In this document: piece by piece, positions 1-13,035 of the stretch | Numbering within the stretch: position 1 is the stretch's first letter | How the letters are laid out: each line of letters starts with the position of its first letter | NCBI GenBank assembly: GCA_000320545.1 | Contig: ADNK01001129.1 | Span: 86,237 to 150,236, forward strand | DNA from: Bigelowiella natans CCMP2755 | Lineage: Eukaryota; Protista; Cercozoa | Direction: 5' to 3' | Length of the DNA stretch: 64,000 nt | Notes under the pieces: model-generated | What the model was told of the DNA's origin: nothing | Databases searched by the model: none | What the model saw: the letters and a program-made list of their open reading frames with translations, nothing else | Translations under genes and position numbers: made by a program

Positions 1-162
1 AGTACCCCAAGTTTTGCCTTGATGTCGGCACCTGCAGCCCTTAGAGAGTCAGCAACTTGCTTTGCATCAGGGGTATCAGCAGCCTAGGGTACGTATCATG
101 CGGATAGAAGGGAAAGCAAAGAACAGTAATAATGGTAGTAGTAGGAGGAGGAGCCGTGAGCA

Positions 163-198
<36 letters not shown>

Positions 199-799
199 GC
201 GATGTGGGGATGGTAGTTGTGAAGATTATGATGATTATCTTGATGTTATCAGTTATATCATTTAAGGATGTGTGGTAGCCACAGAGGCGACATCGACGAT
301 GTAGAGTAGTTCAAGAAGAAGCGAAGAACTTCTTTCCCGGTTAGTACTACCTCCTCGGGTTTCACGCTCTAGAACCTAGTACTACTGCTGCTGCTACTAC
401 TACTCTACTTCGCGTTGTTTCTTCTTCTTCTTCTTCTTTTTCTCCAACACCATGACTAAAGGAGTAGGATGCAGCAGTCCAACTTCGCTTTCTCGCTTGA
501 TGTATTATTGTTATTTTCACCTTCCAATAGCCGATCGCTTCATCAAGCTTCTCTGCAGCCTATCATGTTGTTATCCAATAACGATCGTTAAATGATGATG
601 ATAATGACGGAGAAGATTACGATTCAGCTCAAACACCTGTGCAATATTCCCGGTCTTACTGAGCCAACGCACGATGGTTCCTTCGTGATAGTAGTAGTAT
701 TCATTTTGTTATTATTAGTAGTAGTATTTGTAGCAGTGGTAGTTGTCGGGATATTCAAATAGATATCAGGGATATGCCGGAAAGAACGCAGAATATAGC

Positions 800-832
<33 letters not shown>

Positions 833-860
833 TGATGCAGGAGAACTTTTGACTGGTATT

Positions 861-904
<44 letters not shown>

Positions 905-1788
905 CGAATGATACGGAGAAAACTGGTATTTTTCATTTCAATGTGACCACCACTTGTTGTTTACCTACGACGGCAGGCTTTTTCGACACTTCGCCGTCTA
1001 GTTCGCTCAACGCCTAAGTCACGGAGAAAAAGGGCACAGGGTAGTAGTAATTATCATCGTTTATCCGTTTGTCCATCCTCCTTTTCCTCCTTATCATCAT
1101 CATCTCAATATTCCTACCTGAATCCCTTCCTCGTATTTTCCCTTGGTGAAATAGATGGTGGCGATGGCCACCAGGCACGAGGCCCTTCCCTCCCCTGCTT
1201 TCTTTGCCTCCTCGCTGTCAACGAATTCTTGCAGCACCTGAGCGGATTTTCGGAAGGCAATTACGGATGAAGATAATCGCAATTTGAGTAACTTTTGTTG
1301 CATAAGTTCATGCTTGCATGTCGAATGAGACGGAGTCACCGGGCAGATCAACATGGCACAGTTCCACTGTCTCGGGATGGCATACATGGCGTGTTTGGGG
1401 AAAAAATGATACGAAGTTCTCTCATCAATGCTGCTACCTTTAAGGATTTCACCCATCCCGTTTTCCCCCTAACAAAATAATCGCAGAGAACAAGATCAGG
1501 AGGATGATGATGGTGATGATGGTGATGACGATGATGACGATGATAACGATGGACGTAGCAATAATAGTAGTTGCCAAAGAAATGATGGAATACGCTTTGA
1601 AATAGGTATCATTATCGTCATCATAATTATTCTCAGCACCACAACTTCATTATCGTACATGTATAAGCCTGAAGCGTAGGCGAGAGTTGGGAAAGCACTG
1701 TTAGGAAACTTCTTCTTCAGCTGAATATAGTCTTGCTCCTGAGACGACGACGAGACAGCATCAACATCCATCATAAATGGCAACAGAT

Positions 1789-1826
<38 letters not shown>

Positions 1827-1928
1827 GACATCAAAAAGCCGCAACAAGTCATCACCAAGCACGATGGCCGTGAGATTACTTTCTATATCATGCTTACTAC
1901 CGCATCATGGTGTAGTAGCGGTATACAG

Positions 1929-1974
<46 letters not shown>

Positions 1975-2348
1975 CAATCAAATTTTAGCCGCATCGTCGT
2001 CATGCCCCACCACTCCCCTCCCCCACCCCCCCTCGCAGCAGCATATGTTCCATAGCAGCTGCAGCACCTTTCCTGAAGTGCCCTGGAGCAGAGCTAAGCA
2101 GTGATTCAGGCGTGCCACACGCCTTTTTATTTATTGCCATCATTATCATTCGAAGACCACCAAATCAAATCAAGGACACGGAGAGAAAAGCGTCGTGGCC
2201 GATAGCAAGAACCCAACCGACAGAAAGACGACATAGAATCTCATATACGGGTATATATATATATATACATACATACATATGTTGTTGTATTTTTTGGATA
2301 GATGGGTGCTGCAGGAGACATGTGTTTTCTTCTTCTATGGATCGTCTC

Positions 2349-2390
<42 letters not shown>

Positions 2391-5307
2391 ACACTATCAT
2401 CGCTCTACTGCTAGCTTCTTCTGACTCCGCATACTTTTGCGTCTCAGAGAGTTTGGAAATCGGATAGTTGCCGAGTTCACGTGCCCATCTTTCGGCTTCA
2501 TTTCCTTTCGTCTTTTTCCCGATCTTAAGAGATTGTAGCATATGTTACTATTGTTGTTGTTGTTGTTGTTGTGGTGGTGGTGGTGGTGTGGATGAGGAGA
2601 CGATGATTGGGATAATGGTAATGATACCAATATGATGATGATGATGATGATGATAATGATCATGACGACGACGATACTGGTGAGAATGACGATTTTTTTA
2701 ATCAGCAATAATAATACAACAATCATTTTCGTCATCGTTATCGAGGCATTTCCAATAGGAAAATGTCTCCTACCGATAAGAGCTTAAGCAAATTCATCCG
2801 AGCTCCAGCAGCAATCTAAATTTATCAAAAAATGATGATACCGTTGCCGTCGACGGTCGGTCGAAATAAAACTTACAGAGAACACAAGTAATCCATATTT
2901 TGGTCCAAGCACAATCAGCACATCACCACACACACGAGGAGAAGCAAAAAAATCTTATCGCGTAGTAGTAGTAGTGCCCTCTCACTAACATGCAGCATTC
3001 CTGTTCACAATCATCACAATGCTGTGTTTTCTTCGATTTATTACAGAAGGGTCTTTGGACGTGAGCAAGCCGCGATATATTTCCTCAGCTCTTTTGAAAT
3101 ATAGTAACACGGCAACATTATGAGGAGAAAGCTTGAATATATGACCACCAGCTTCCACGTACCTCGATTTGTCATCTTGCAGCTGTGCTATGTAGGCCAC
3201 GAGCAAGTTCACAGCCTCCATCTCTGACTCAATTTCCTTGCTATCCCCCCTTTTGATTATCAAGGTGCTATCAGTGTAAGAAGAAGGGGAAATGAAGAAG
3301 GGCTCTCATACATGTTACAGCAGATCAGTTTTTGTAGCACAATATTCTCTCCTGCTGCATTTCAACAATGAGCAATACCCATCGGCTTCGATTTCATTCT
3401 TGCATAGTTCTGTAGCCTTCTCCACCAGCTCTTTCGCCTGCCATCATTTTCGAAGACGACACGGTGAAGACGAACGATTCTCAGCAATCATCGACCATCA
3501 TTATCATCATCATCATCATCATCATCATCATTATCATCACCAGTATCAGTGCCACCACTCCCCTTGAGGAAAACTGCATCATGTTGTGACTGGTTTGTAC
3601 TGCTCACCTTCGATAGATTTCCGGCCTCAATGTATGGAATAGCAGCATTGAATGCAACAGCGTAGCTCCTGAACAACCGTAATCAGCGTTTATATATCGT
3701 TATAATATCATTCAATCTCTCGCGTTGTTGCGTTAATTGATTCCGACCAGAGATCGGCGTCGAAGTTGCTGACGTAGGTCAACGCTTTGGCAGAATCGCT
3801 GTCGGCCAGACATGCCAGGTAGTTTGCCCGGATATCCCCAGCAAACTCACTGCTCTGAGAAAGCCAACAAGAGTGAGAGAAGAGGAGCCTTCGAGAATGA
3901 TGGATTTATATGGGGGAGAGGGTCGAGAAGATATGGAAAGTAAATTTCCGCACGTATCAATCATTTTCTGTTCATCCCGGCCTTTCCTCGTTCTCAGGCA
4001 TCATTCCACAATCGACTAGTCCCTTACTCACCATCTGTGCCTTCTTGGAGATGAATTGCTTCTCGTAGATGCCTGCACTCTCTCCTATTCTGCCCAAGCG
4101 ACGAAGCTGCCATTTGTACGCACATGCACGCATGTAAAGAAAGGAACGAGGACGATGATGACGACGACGTGTGTATCGTGTGTATTCTGTCGATGCTCTT
4201 ATTTAAATGTAGTCGTGTTTCTTCTCTTCAACCAGCTGCGCCTGTACATGCCAGAATCCTGAGGAGGAATATGATTAATTAGAGGGACAAGGACGAACCT
4301 TTGGGAACAATTGCAACTGAAAAACACACTCTCTCGAGTGAAACATACTATTATGCACTTATCAGGCCAGTTCAGTTTAGGCAGGACGTGAAGCATTTGT
4401 AGACACCTTTGTTCTTCGCCCTGTCTGCAACCTCGTTAACCAAAGCGAGTGCCTTCTCGTTTTGCTTCAGCTGCAAGGAAGTATAGTGTGACCCTCTATC
4501 GATACTCTTTGGAAAAAACGATGTGCGAAGTTCATTTGTGCGGAGTATGTCAGGAAGATGGAAGGCGGGGGAAAGTATGTTGCGAGGATTAGCGGCAGTG
4601 AGAAACCAGAGACCTGGTAGTAACAGTACACGAGCTCGAATGCATATGTCTTCTTATAGTTTTCCTGCTTCAAGATCATTCCAACTGCAGATTTATAATC
4701 CTCCTGTGATAAGGTACAGTTCATGAAATACGTCTCACCCATAATATACAACTTAATCCATCGTCTGCGATTAGGTACCCCCCCCCCCTCTCTGAACACC
4801 GACCCCAAAGTCGTGGTTTTGAAATGAGAATCGTTGATAAGTAGAAACTCTATGAGTTGGGGGTTTTCCTCTGAAGTTGATTCTTATATACGCACCTTCA
4901 TAATCGTGGCTATGATTCGACAGCGGTTCATCTCCGCATCCTTTGCATCCTCCTTCAGAACTAAATGATTAGGATTTGGGGATAAGATTCGGCGCCACAA
5001 ACTTTAAAGAATCCCCTTTTTCGGATGTATTTTACGTAATGAAATTCAAAACGTTTTTTATTGTGGATAAAAAAAGCTAGAAAGGGGGGGATATCGATAT
5101 CGATCGAAACGAAAGCTACATGAAGAAGGGCGATGACGTTTTCGAGTTAATTTCTCTAATCAAAGGGATTCGGGGGAAATTGAAAATTTTCGAACATTCT
5201 CCCGAGATCTTGATGATCCGATCAAGTTCATCGTCCTCAAGTTCATGGGCGGGGTGCCCTCCTTCCCCGATGAGCTCGGCAAGGGCCTTGAGCTTGTCCG
5301 CCGCCAT
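1..5307 (-). CDS. SRP72: Signal recognition particle subunit SRP72, multi-exon, 3' end beyond the left edge of the window
   Basis: Manually spliced GT-AG exons give, in order: MAADKLKALAEL; LKEDAKDAEMNRCRIIATI; YAFELVYCYYQ; VQAQL-LRRLGRIGESAGIYE; DIRANYLACL; YAVAFNAAIPYIEAGNLSK; EIESEMEAVNLLVAYIAQLQ; ARMNLL; KLSETQKRVARLNHCLALL; FPNSAFPTLAYAS; LVAIATIYFTKG; KKPAVVGTIV. These match recalled SRP72 TPR-region motifs (FEKAYCEY, ELCYNTAC, ELAIIHGQMAYILQLQ, IEFNKALL, KPGMVSALV) colinearly. ATG at 5307. Confidence 0.85.
800..900. repeat. Inverted (GAT)n/(CAT)n microsatellite pair in an SRP72 intron
   Basis: A (GAT)n tract at about 800-837 and a complementary (CAT)n tract at about 863-900, separated by about 25 nt. 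Confidence 0.9.
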
Positions 5308-5896
5308 TACGACAAATGTGGAAACGTGTTTCCCGTCAATTTGTTCTTGAATATGACCTTGGAGGCATGTCTTACGCCAAAATCCCCAATCATCCTTTGG
5401 GGAGTCCAACTTTTCGCTGCACGAATTTGCAGACCAAGAGAAATAATGCGAATTATATCCGAAAACAAATAATTTGTGTTGACGCGTGTACAATCTCCAG
5501 GGCGTTCGGCTCTTCAAATTTCTCCGTGGCTGATTGCGCAGTAATAAAGCGGCTGAAAGGGCAAAGAGGTTATCTGGCCAAGTGCGACTTTCCTGTGAAA
5601 GGAGAAGTAAGCATGGTTAGGTTTGCTTTCGACAAAATGCATATTCTGTAAGAAGTTTCTCGGACCAGAGCTTATCTAGATTTTGATTGTGCATCCAGAG
5701 TCAACGAGTCGGCGATGTAGATCAGACTACCTCGGATGCATATCTCGAAGGATGGCGACTGGTATTATACGTGCGACAAATTCTTAAGCTAGTCGCAGTC
5801 GGAAAATATAATATATTTTCTTCTTTTTGGGAAACTACAACATCACTGTAACTTTTTTCTGGATCAAGTGCCAGTGCCACAAAACCCCTATCTGCG
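5308..5896. promoter_or_regulatory. Short bidirectional promoter region between SRP72 and the kinesin
   Basis: Head-to-head ATGs about 590 bp apart, free of microsatellites, with TRCGACAA copies at 5308 and 5772. Confidence 0.55.
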
Positions 5897-8800
5897 ATGG
5901 CTTCGCGCACGCCGGTTCGCTTTCAACCCGTCAAGCCGTAGATCATACTAATTTATATTTTCATCCAGAGACCTTCGAAGAAGACGGGCGGTGCAGATGG
6001 CGTGCATGTGAGCTGTCGGTTTAGGCCTGTAAACCTGAAAGAGAAGGAAAATAAAGACCAAAGTATGTTGTAACTCGCGTCACTACTCTGTCCTTCAAAA
6101 TATAGCACTCCCATTACTTTGATATTCTCTTTGAAATCAAATAGGTGCATGTGTGGTAGTATTTCCAGACCCCACCTGCGTTTCATTTGCGCCAAAAGTG
6201 CATGGTGACCTCAAACTCAATCAGAAGACAGCCACATTCAGCTTCGACCATGGTCAGAGGGTGTACTATCGGCATCATTTGTTAAAGATACTGATAAAAT
6301 CAATATGTGTTCTTAGTATTCAAACCCGAATCATCTCAAGATGAAGTATGTGCATTGAAAAATAGAATATGGAAGGAACGATATCTATGGAAATCTTTGG
6401 TAGGTTTTCCAAACTATTGGAGAGGACGTTGTGGATGAAATAATTGGCGGTTTCAATGCCACCCTTTTTGCCTACGGTCTGATCTACAACGTTTTACATA
6501 TAACACGATATCAACTAGAACTTTCAAATAGGTCAGACCGGGTCTGGGAAAACGCATACTATGATGGGAGACAAAGACGATCCATATCTTTGTGGCTTGA
6601 TCCCCAGAGTTGTAGAGTATGCGATGATACGTTCTTTGAAGATTCAGTCCTTTTAAGAAAAGTTTTAAAAGGCTCTTATCATTAGGTCTATATTAAGCAA
6701 GCTCGAGCAAAAATCTGAAGCAAAAAAGAATATGATATGTTCCGTCAAAGTCTCATACGTGGAGATATACATGGAGAGAATCAAAGACTTACTTAATCCA
6801 GCAAAATCAAACCTGAAACTGAGGGAAAATAAGACTAAAGGTTATAAAATGTCTTCTAACCATATGATTCAAATTACTTTGAGCTTCGACGTCTAGGTGT
6901 CTGGATCGAGGATGTCACTACGGAATATGTATCGAGTAGCGAGGTTACAGTAAAATTGTGATTAGGCAGTTTCACTTGGAACATAAAAAATTGTTGATCT
7001 CCTTCTTTAGGAAGTATATGATTTAATTGAAGTTGGAACAAACAATCGTGCAATAGCTTCGACAGATATGAATAAGACATCCTCACGGTAACTCGTCGGT
7101 CTAGAAGACTAGTATCTTCCTATTCTTCTGGAAATTCCTGATCGTTCTTTATTACGCCTCTTAGGTCTCATTCGGTATTTATTCTTCACGTGAGCCAAAC
7201 AGAGCAATCAGAAGGAGGGGGAAATAATGACGACGAAGGCACGAAGAAGAGGCAAGACGATATACCATGCGACTTGTGCAACTGTTAGTTTTCTCACAGG
7301 CAGTTCCTATTCATCCGATCAGTGCTACGCTGTACCTGGTTGACTTAGCGGGGAGCGAGAAAGTGCGGAAGACAAAGGCGACAGGTAACTTACATAATAT
7401 CATGCCATAATCAGTAACTGATGCCATCAATAGGAAAGACGCTTAAAGAGGCCATGCAGATAAATAAATCGCTGTCAGCACTTGGGGTTAGGATACGTCG
7501 TATATCGATATATCGCTGCATCAAAAATACAAATATTTAACGTAAAATAGAATGTAATCAAGTCTCTCACGACACACTCCAAGCATGTGCCCTACAGGTC
7601 TGCCATGTAAAGCGCTAAGGGTTGGGTACAATTATTGATATTTCTATGCACATATTTAAAGGGATTCGAAGCTAACACGGCTGTTATCGCAAGCTTTAGG
7701 CGGAAACTGCAAGGTTTCCAACCCTGAATTTGTTTCTTGATCTCAATATTTATTTTAGATACAATCCAACAGACCTTTCTGATTCTTACTGCTTCGCCAG
7801 CTTTGTACAACAGCGAGGTTCGTGTTCCCATGATTTAAAGCCTAAAATGAGAATTAAAAAACGATAACAATCATGATGATATTGATAATATAGGAGACCT
7901 TGAGTACGCTACGATTCGGGAGACGCGCGAAGATGGTGAAAAACAAGCCCATCATAAACACCAAAAAATCCGCAGATCACTACCTACGGTAATCAGATTT
8001 ATGGCAAAGTAAAATAAATGCTGTGGCTGATGTAACGATAACTTTAGGCTACTGAAATTAGCGGAGAAGAAAATTTTACAACAGCAAGAATTGATAAATG
8101 CCCTGCAGCAAACGGAGGGATCTAGCATTGCACTAACTAACGGAGATGGGAGTCCAGGAAGAAATCTATCTGAACATACAACACTCATCGTTTCTCAAAA
8201 CGGTGGAAAGGTCATTTGAGAGGTAACCTATTTCTCTGTCTCAAATTCCTCCTTTTATTATTTTTAGGAGAGCAAAGACAATTCTACCAAGAAACATGAA
8301 ACCAGGCAGCAACGACGACCATCGATGGTGAACATAGTATCTCGCCTTCAGGCTCAAATATCAGAACTGGAGGAGGAGAATTCTCGCCTAGATATGAAAA
8401 ATGCGGAGATTTCAGACATGGTCTCTAAACGCAACATTAAGGCCTTTTTCCAAACACTTCAACTACTTCTTCTTTGCCGTTCTTCTTTTATCCTTTAGTT
8501 TGTTACGATGCAATGCGAGTTGGCCGAGAAGTCCAGTCTCCTCGAGGAGCAAGAGTCAAAAATGGAAGTGTTAGAGAGAAAGTTTGATACATCGAGGAAA
8601 ACTCTGCAGGTACTGAAATCAAGGCAAAGTGGTTTTCTTCCGATAACAATTTGTTTGAATTTCCAGTCCATAGAACGAAGTGTTAGTGCTATTTACGACG
8701 CACGATTATACTGCTCTCAAATGGCACACAATCGTGAGATTTCAGAGCTTAGGAAGGAGATGGATGCCTTGAATCGACAGGTATTTCAACGCAAGGTGAT

Positions 8801-10846
8801 GATGCTCACATTGACACGTTGCCGTGGTTTAAGGCTGAGACTAGAAGACAGTTGATGCTTCAATTCGAGAGGGAGACGGGAATCAGCATTGCAGGAGCAA
8901 CAACCAAGTAGGGTTTTTCCCATTTCTTCTGGACTATTCTGCGATTAGTGCCGACTGATATTGGATGTATAGACGGACGAGACAAGGGAAGAAACCGGCG
9001 CCACCCTCAAACCAAAGGATCATCAAAAGCAATCAAGTGTAGGAATATATGCCATCTTTTTCTTAATTGAAATAATTATTAAAATTCTCCTGCAACTGTG
9101 CAACGCTTTTAGGTGCTATGTCGCGCATCTCGACGGGGTTAATGTTCGCGATAAGCCATCCATTAAGGCGACTTTGTTGGGGGTACTACTCATGAATCAA
9201 GCTATCTAAAATGTTAGAACTCGGCCTGATTCTTTTTTCGCTAGGTCCTTCCACAAAACGCAAGTTTAACTTGTAAACTAGCTGCTGAAAAAAATGACGA
9301 AGGCGACATCTTTCAACTTTGGATGCAGGTTTCAGCGTTCATGACATACCGCGAATGTTGGACTGACAGTTTAGGATACACGTGAACGTAGTCATTAAGT
9401 AATTTTGAGCATTTGGATGATTTTTATATGTAGCACGAGCTGGGATGGTCATGCGCTCGAATGGGGTCCACAATCAACATTAATCCTGAAGGAATAAGCG
9501 ATGACTCTCTTTGCTGCATGAATCAGATCGCGATGGCTCATTCTTCCTGTTCCATACTCAGAATCCGAGGTAGTAGCAATGACAAATTTAGCATTCAACA
9601 ACAGAGTCATCTTTTCCGTTCGTTGCCATCGATCAGGATGTAGAGCCTTCACAACCTCCTCCACCACCACCCCAAACTCTTGTTGTTACCGATGAAGAGG
9701 AGAGAATGAATGTAGAAGGTGGTGGATTAGGGATGCTGCCCCTCCGTCCTCGGAAAAGAAATCAAGCCACCACGAAGGACACTTCCAAAGAGGAAAAAAT
9801 TGAACCTCCACCTGTTGAACAAGAACCACGAGGTGTTGCGGAGAACAATGATGATGATGAGCAGAAAGGGCAATCTACTGCAGACGAGTCAACTGCTGCT
9901 TCTACTACTTCGAACACCTCTCAGTCAGAAACTCCCACCACCTCGATCAAAAGGAATAAAGGTGGTCAACAGCCAGAGATAAACGATAAGCCATTCATTA
10001 ATCTTCGTCATTTACAGAGGTTGAGTCGCTGCGCCAATTTCTTCGCATGAAATGTACGCAACTGGCTGAGGCTCAAGCAGAACTTCAAGAAATGAAGTGG
10101 AAATAAAATAATGGATAACTGAAAAATAGAGCTTCACTTTTGTTTTTTATTAAGTTGAGACATCTTGTATCTTGAGCTAACTTTGAGCATTGCTTCTACT
10201 TCGAGGCAAAAAATTGCATCTGTCAAATCGTTGGAAGCAGAGATGAAATCAGTCTCAACGTGTGTGAATGCTCTTGAATCTTTAAGCAAGATTGATTCTT
10301 AAGCAAGATTGTAACGTTCTTTTCTTTAGATTGAAAAAGGAAAATAGTGCATTAAAAGACCAGGTCTTTTCTTGGTATCGAGGAAATTTCGTTTGTGATG
10401 ATTTTGTTACATCTGTTTATAAGGTTGTAATGTTGAAAGAAGGAAATGCTGAGAAGGAAAATCTGCTGGAATCATTTCGTGCATCAGCAAAACGTAATTG
10501 ACGTGTTCAGTCAACTCGGAAAATTGATTTAAAAAGCAACGAAACTAACCGGCATGCCTTGTATTTGTTTACGTGCAGTACAAGAGGTGAACATCGAGGA
10601 AAAACAAAAAATCATAGAAGATTTGGAAGCCAAAACTCAGGCATATTGACCTTTTCTAGCATAATTTGCCAGTAAAATGACATTAAACTTTTACAGGCGT
10701 ACAAGCAGCTCACAGAGAGATCACTTTCACCTAGAGGTTCAGGATCAAGACTGTTAAGAGTTGTTCGTTCAGGGCGAGCTCGCAGTCGTGCTAGCAGCTC
10801 TGCTCACGTTCCACCCAGACTTCCCGAGAGTCTTCGGGCACCTTAA
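5897..10846 (+). CDS. Kinesin heavy chain-like (kinesin-1-like) motor protein with coiled-coil tail, >30 short introns
   Basis: Spliced exons give VHVSCRFRP, GFNATLFAYGQTGSGKT (P-loop), VSYVEIYMERIKDLL, MNKTSSRSHSVF (switch I), LYLVDLAGSE (switch II), INKSLSALGNVI, HVPYRDSKLTRLL, ETLSTLRFGRRAK, followed by coiled-coil exons. Stop TAA at 10844-10846. The start ATG (5897) is tentative. Confidence 0.93.
9113..9470 (+). other. SH3b (bacterial SH3_3-like) module encoded across three kinesin tail exons
   Basis: In-frame spliced peptide CYVAHLDGVNVRDKPSIKATLLG|VLPQNASLTC...LWMQ|HELGWSC matches the SH3b pattern xNVRxxPSxxxxxxGxLxxx...W...GW. Confidence 0.6.
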
Positions 10847-11723
10847 CCATGGAAAAGTCTAGTGCTGTGCCTGAATTTTCGTGTCAATCTAGCAATGCAT
10901 TGGCGGGCAGAAATAAACGATCAATTTGCATTTCAACATCACGGCATAGCTTTGCATGTTTGTGGCACACTGCTAGACTATGTGATGATTGTCGATGATG
11001 GCAATGGGCAGCACAAACAAGTGATTTGAATCAGGTAGGTGCAGTGATCGATTGAAGTGAAGAGACTTCAAGTCATTGCATGCTAGCATGCGTGCGCGAA
11101 CAGCAGACATGCAATCGTCGCAAGTGTCAAGATCGCATCACTCATTGCTAGATTGGCGTGGTGGTGAACGATCAATGTCAGCGCATTCCAGCATTACAAC
11201 ACTTCAATGTCTTCTACGTCAGCTAGATGTCTAGACGTGGAGGTGCAGAAACGAGGGTTCACACACCCAGCCAGTCAGACACGATGGCACGCTCGTGCTG
11301 ATGATCCGCCAAAGTGACTGCCAGGCTAGCAGATTAGTGCAGTTCCAGAGTTGCTGCACGGTCTGGACATGCTGGCTACATGGTATGCACAACCTTTACG
11401 ACGAAGCCAAACATCCAGAAATCACTGGATCAAGCATCGTGTGCTTTGTTGATGTTGACATCGTCTGGACAGACATCCAACTCATCATCATTCCCATGCT
11501 GGCATATTGCATCGTGTTGCCGTTGCGTTCAGATTCCTCACGTTGTTGTCGGATTTGACAAGCTTGTTTTAGCATTCACCACATTGCAATCTGAACGCGC
11601 CCTGGAGTCGCGTTTCTCACTCACTTGTGACGTGCATGGGGCGGCTGCAATCGCACGGGCTCGGTGCGGCACATTTCTGTGCCTCACTTCTCGAATGAGC
11701 GGTTTTGGCGAGTGGTTCTAGCC

Positions 11724-12268
11724 TCAAAAATTATCAACCAAGTTGTGCCCAAGGAGGCTGATTTCCTCCTCATCTTTGCTGTCTGACACATCAGAGACAT
11801 CACTCTCTTTCTCGTCAGCGTTCTGCCCAAAAAATGACAATGTTAGGAGTTGATGGTTCTCAACAAAGGAAAGCTGAATTGACGATCAATGACCACCTTC
11901 ACGGGAACAAATGCTGGCTCCCTTTTTTTCTTGTCCCAGTAAGAAATTAAAATGCAGAATACGCCGCCAATGGCCAACAAGACTGTCATCATTCAGATTG
12001 ACATCAGCAAAAAAATCACAGAGATGCAGACGAAAATGACAAGGAAACAAGATTGCACGCACCTGCGATGAGAATGAAGATGATCGTCCATCCTGCCGTG
12101 TCACTGATGAATCCGACAGCCAGCTACCAGGAAAGTGAACCAAATGGCATGCAATTTCAATGGGCAATGCAGATGACACATCATGTGATGACCATCATCG
12201 TCGTCATCATCATCATCATCACCGCACTAACAAGGATAGAATGATAACTTATTATCCCTTTCGTAATG

Positions 12269-12328
<60 letters not shown>

Positions 12329-13001
12329 CATATGTATGCATTTATATATATTTTAATATATTTCCTGTTGTCTCAATTTATTTCACTAATAGAACACCTG
12401 TCCAAGCGCGGCGATTCCACTGCCCGTGCCGTCCACAATACCTTTCGTAACCATTCATCACAATCAGGAGTGCCAATAAATGGCATGTTCATTCTCTCAC
12501 GATTTGTCTCGCAGGTTTCAAATTTCGCTACTAGCTAAGCTATGTGCTCCATGCATGATGATTTTAGCACCGGATATGGTTGCCGTGACAGCGAGTTGCG
12601 ATCTTGTTCCGATATCGGCTGATTGAAAGAGGAGCGGGATGATCAGCCCAAAATCATCACCACTATGATCCATCCACACTTTGTTTTGGTTGTAGATGAA
12701 GATAAGGTGTGCTGCGTGTACAGTGTTTGTCGTTGATCAAATCGAGCGCCTGCACGTACCTGCTATAGCAGTTGGCATAAGCATGGCCGGGCCCCCCATC
12801 ATCGTCCTAGATCGTTCGTAAAATGAAGGGGGGTGGGTGAATGCATGGATGGACGAGAGTTGGCTGATGGTCGCTGTGGCAGCTCAGCACGTCAATGGCG
12901 TACCGATATACTCAAAATATGTATTAATACGACAGAATATGCACGCGCGCACACACACACACACACTCAAAATATGTATGTACATTATATATATAATAAT
13001 T

Positions 13002-13035
<34 letters not shown>

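Noticed and set aside
10272-10311. Direct repeat TTAAGCAAGATTG x2
   Set aside because: A small local intronic duplication with only two copies and no element structure.
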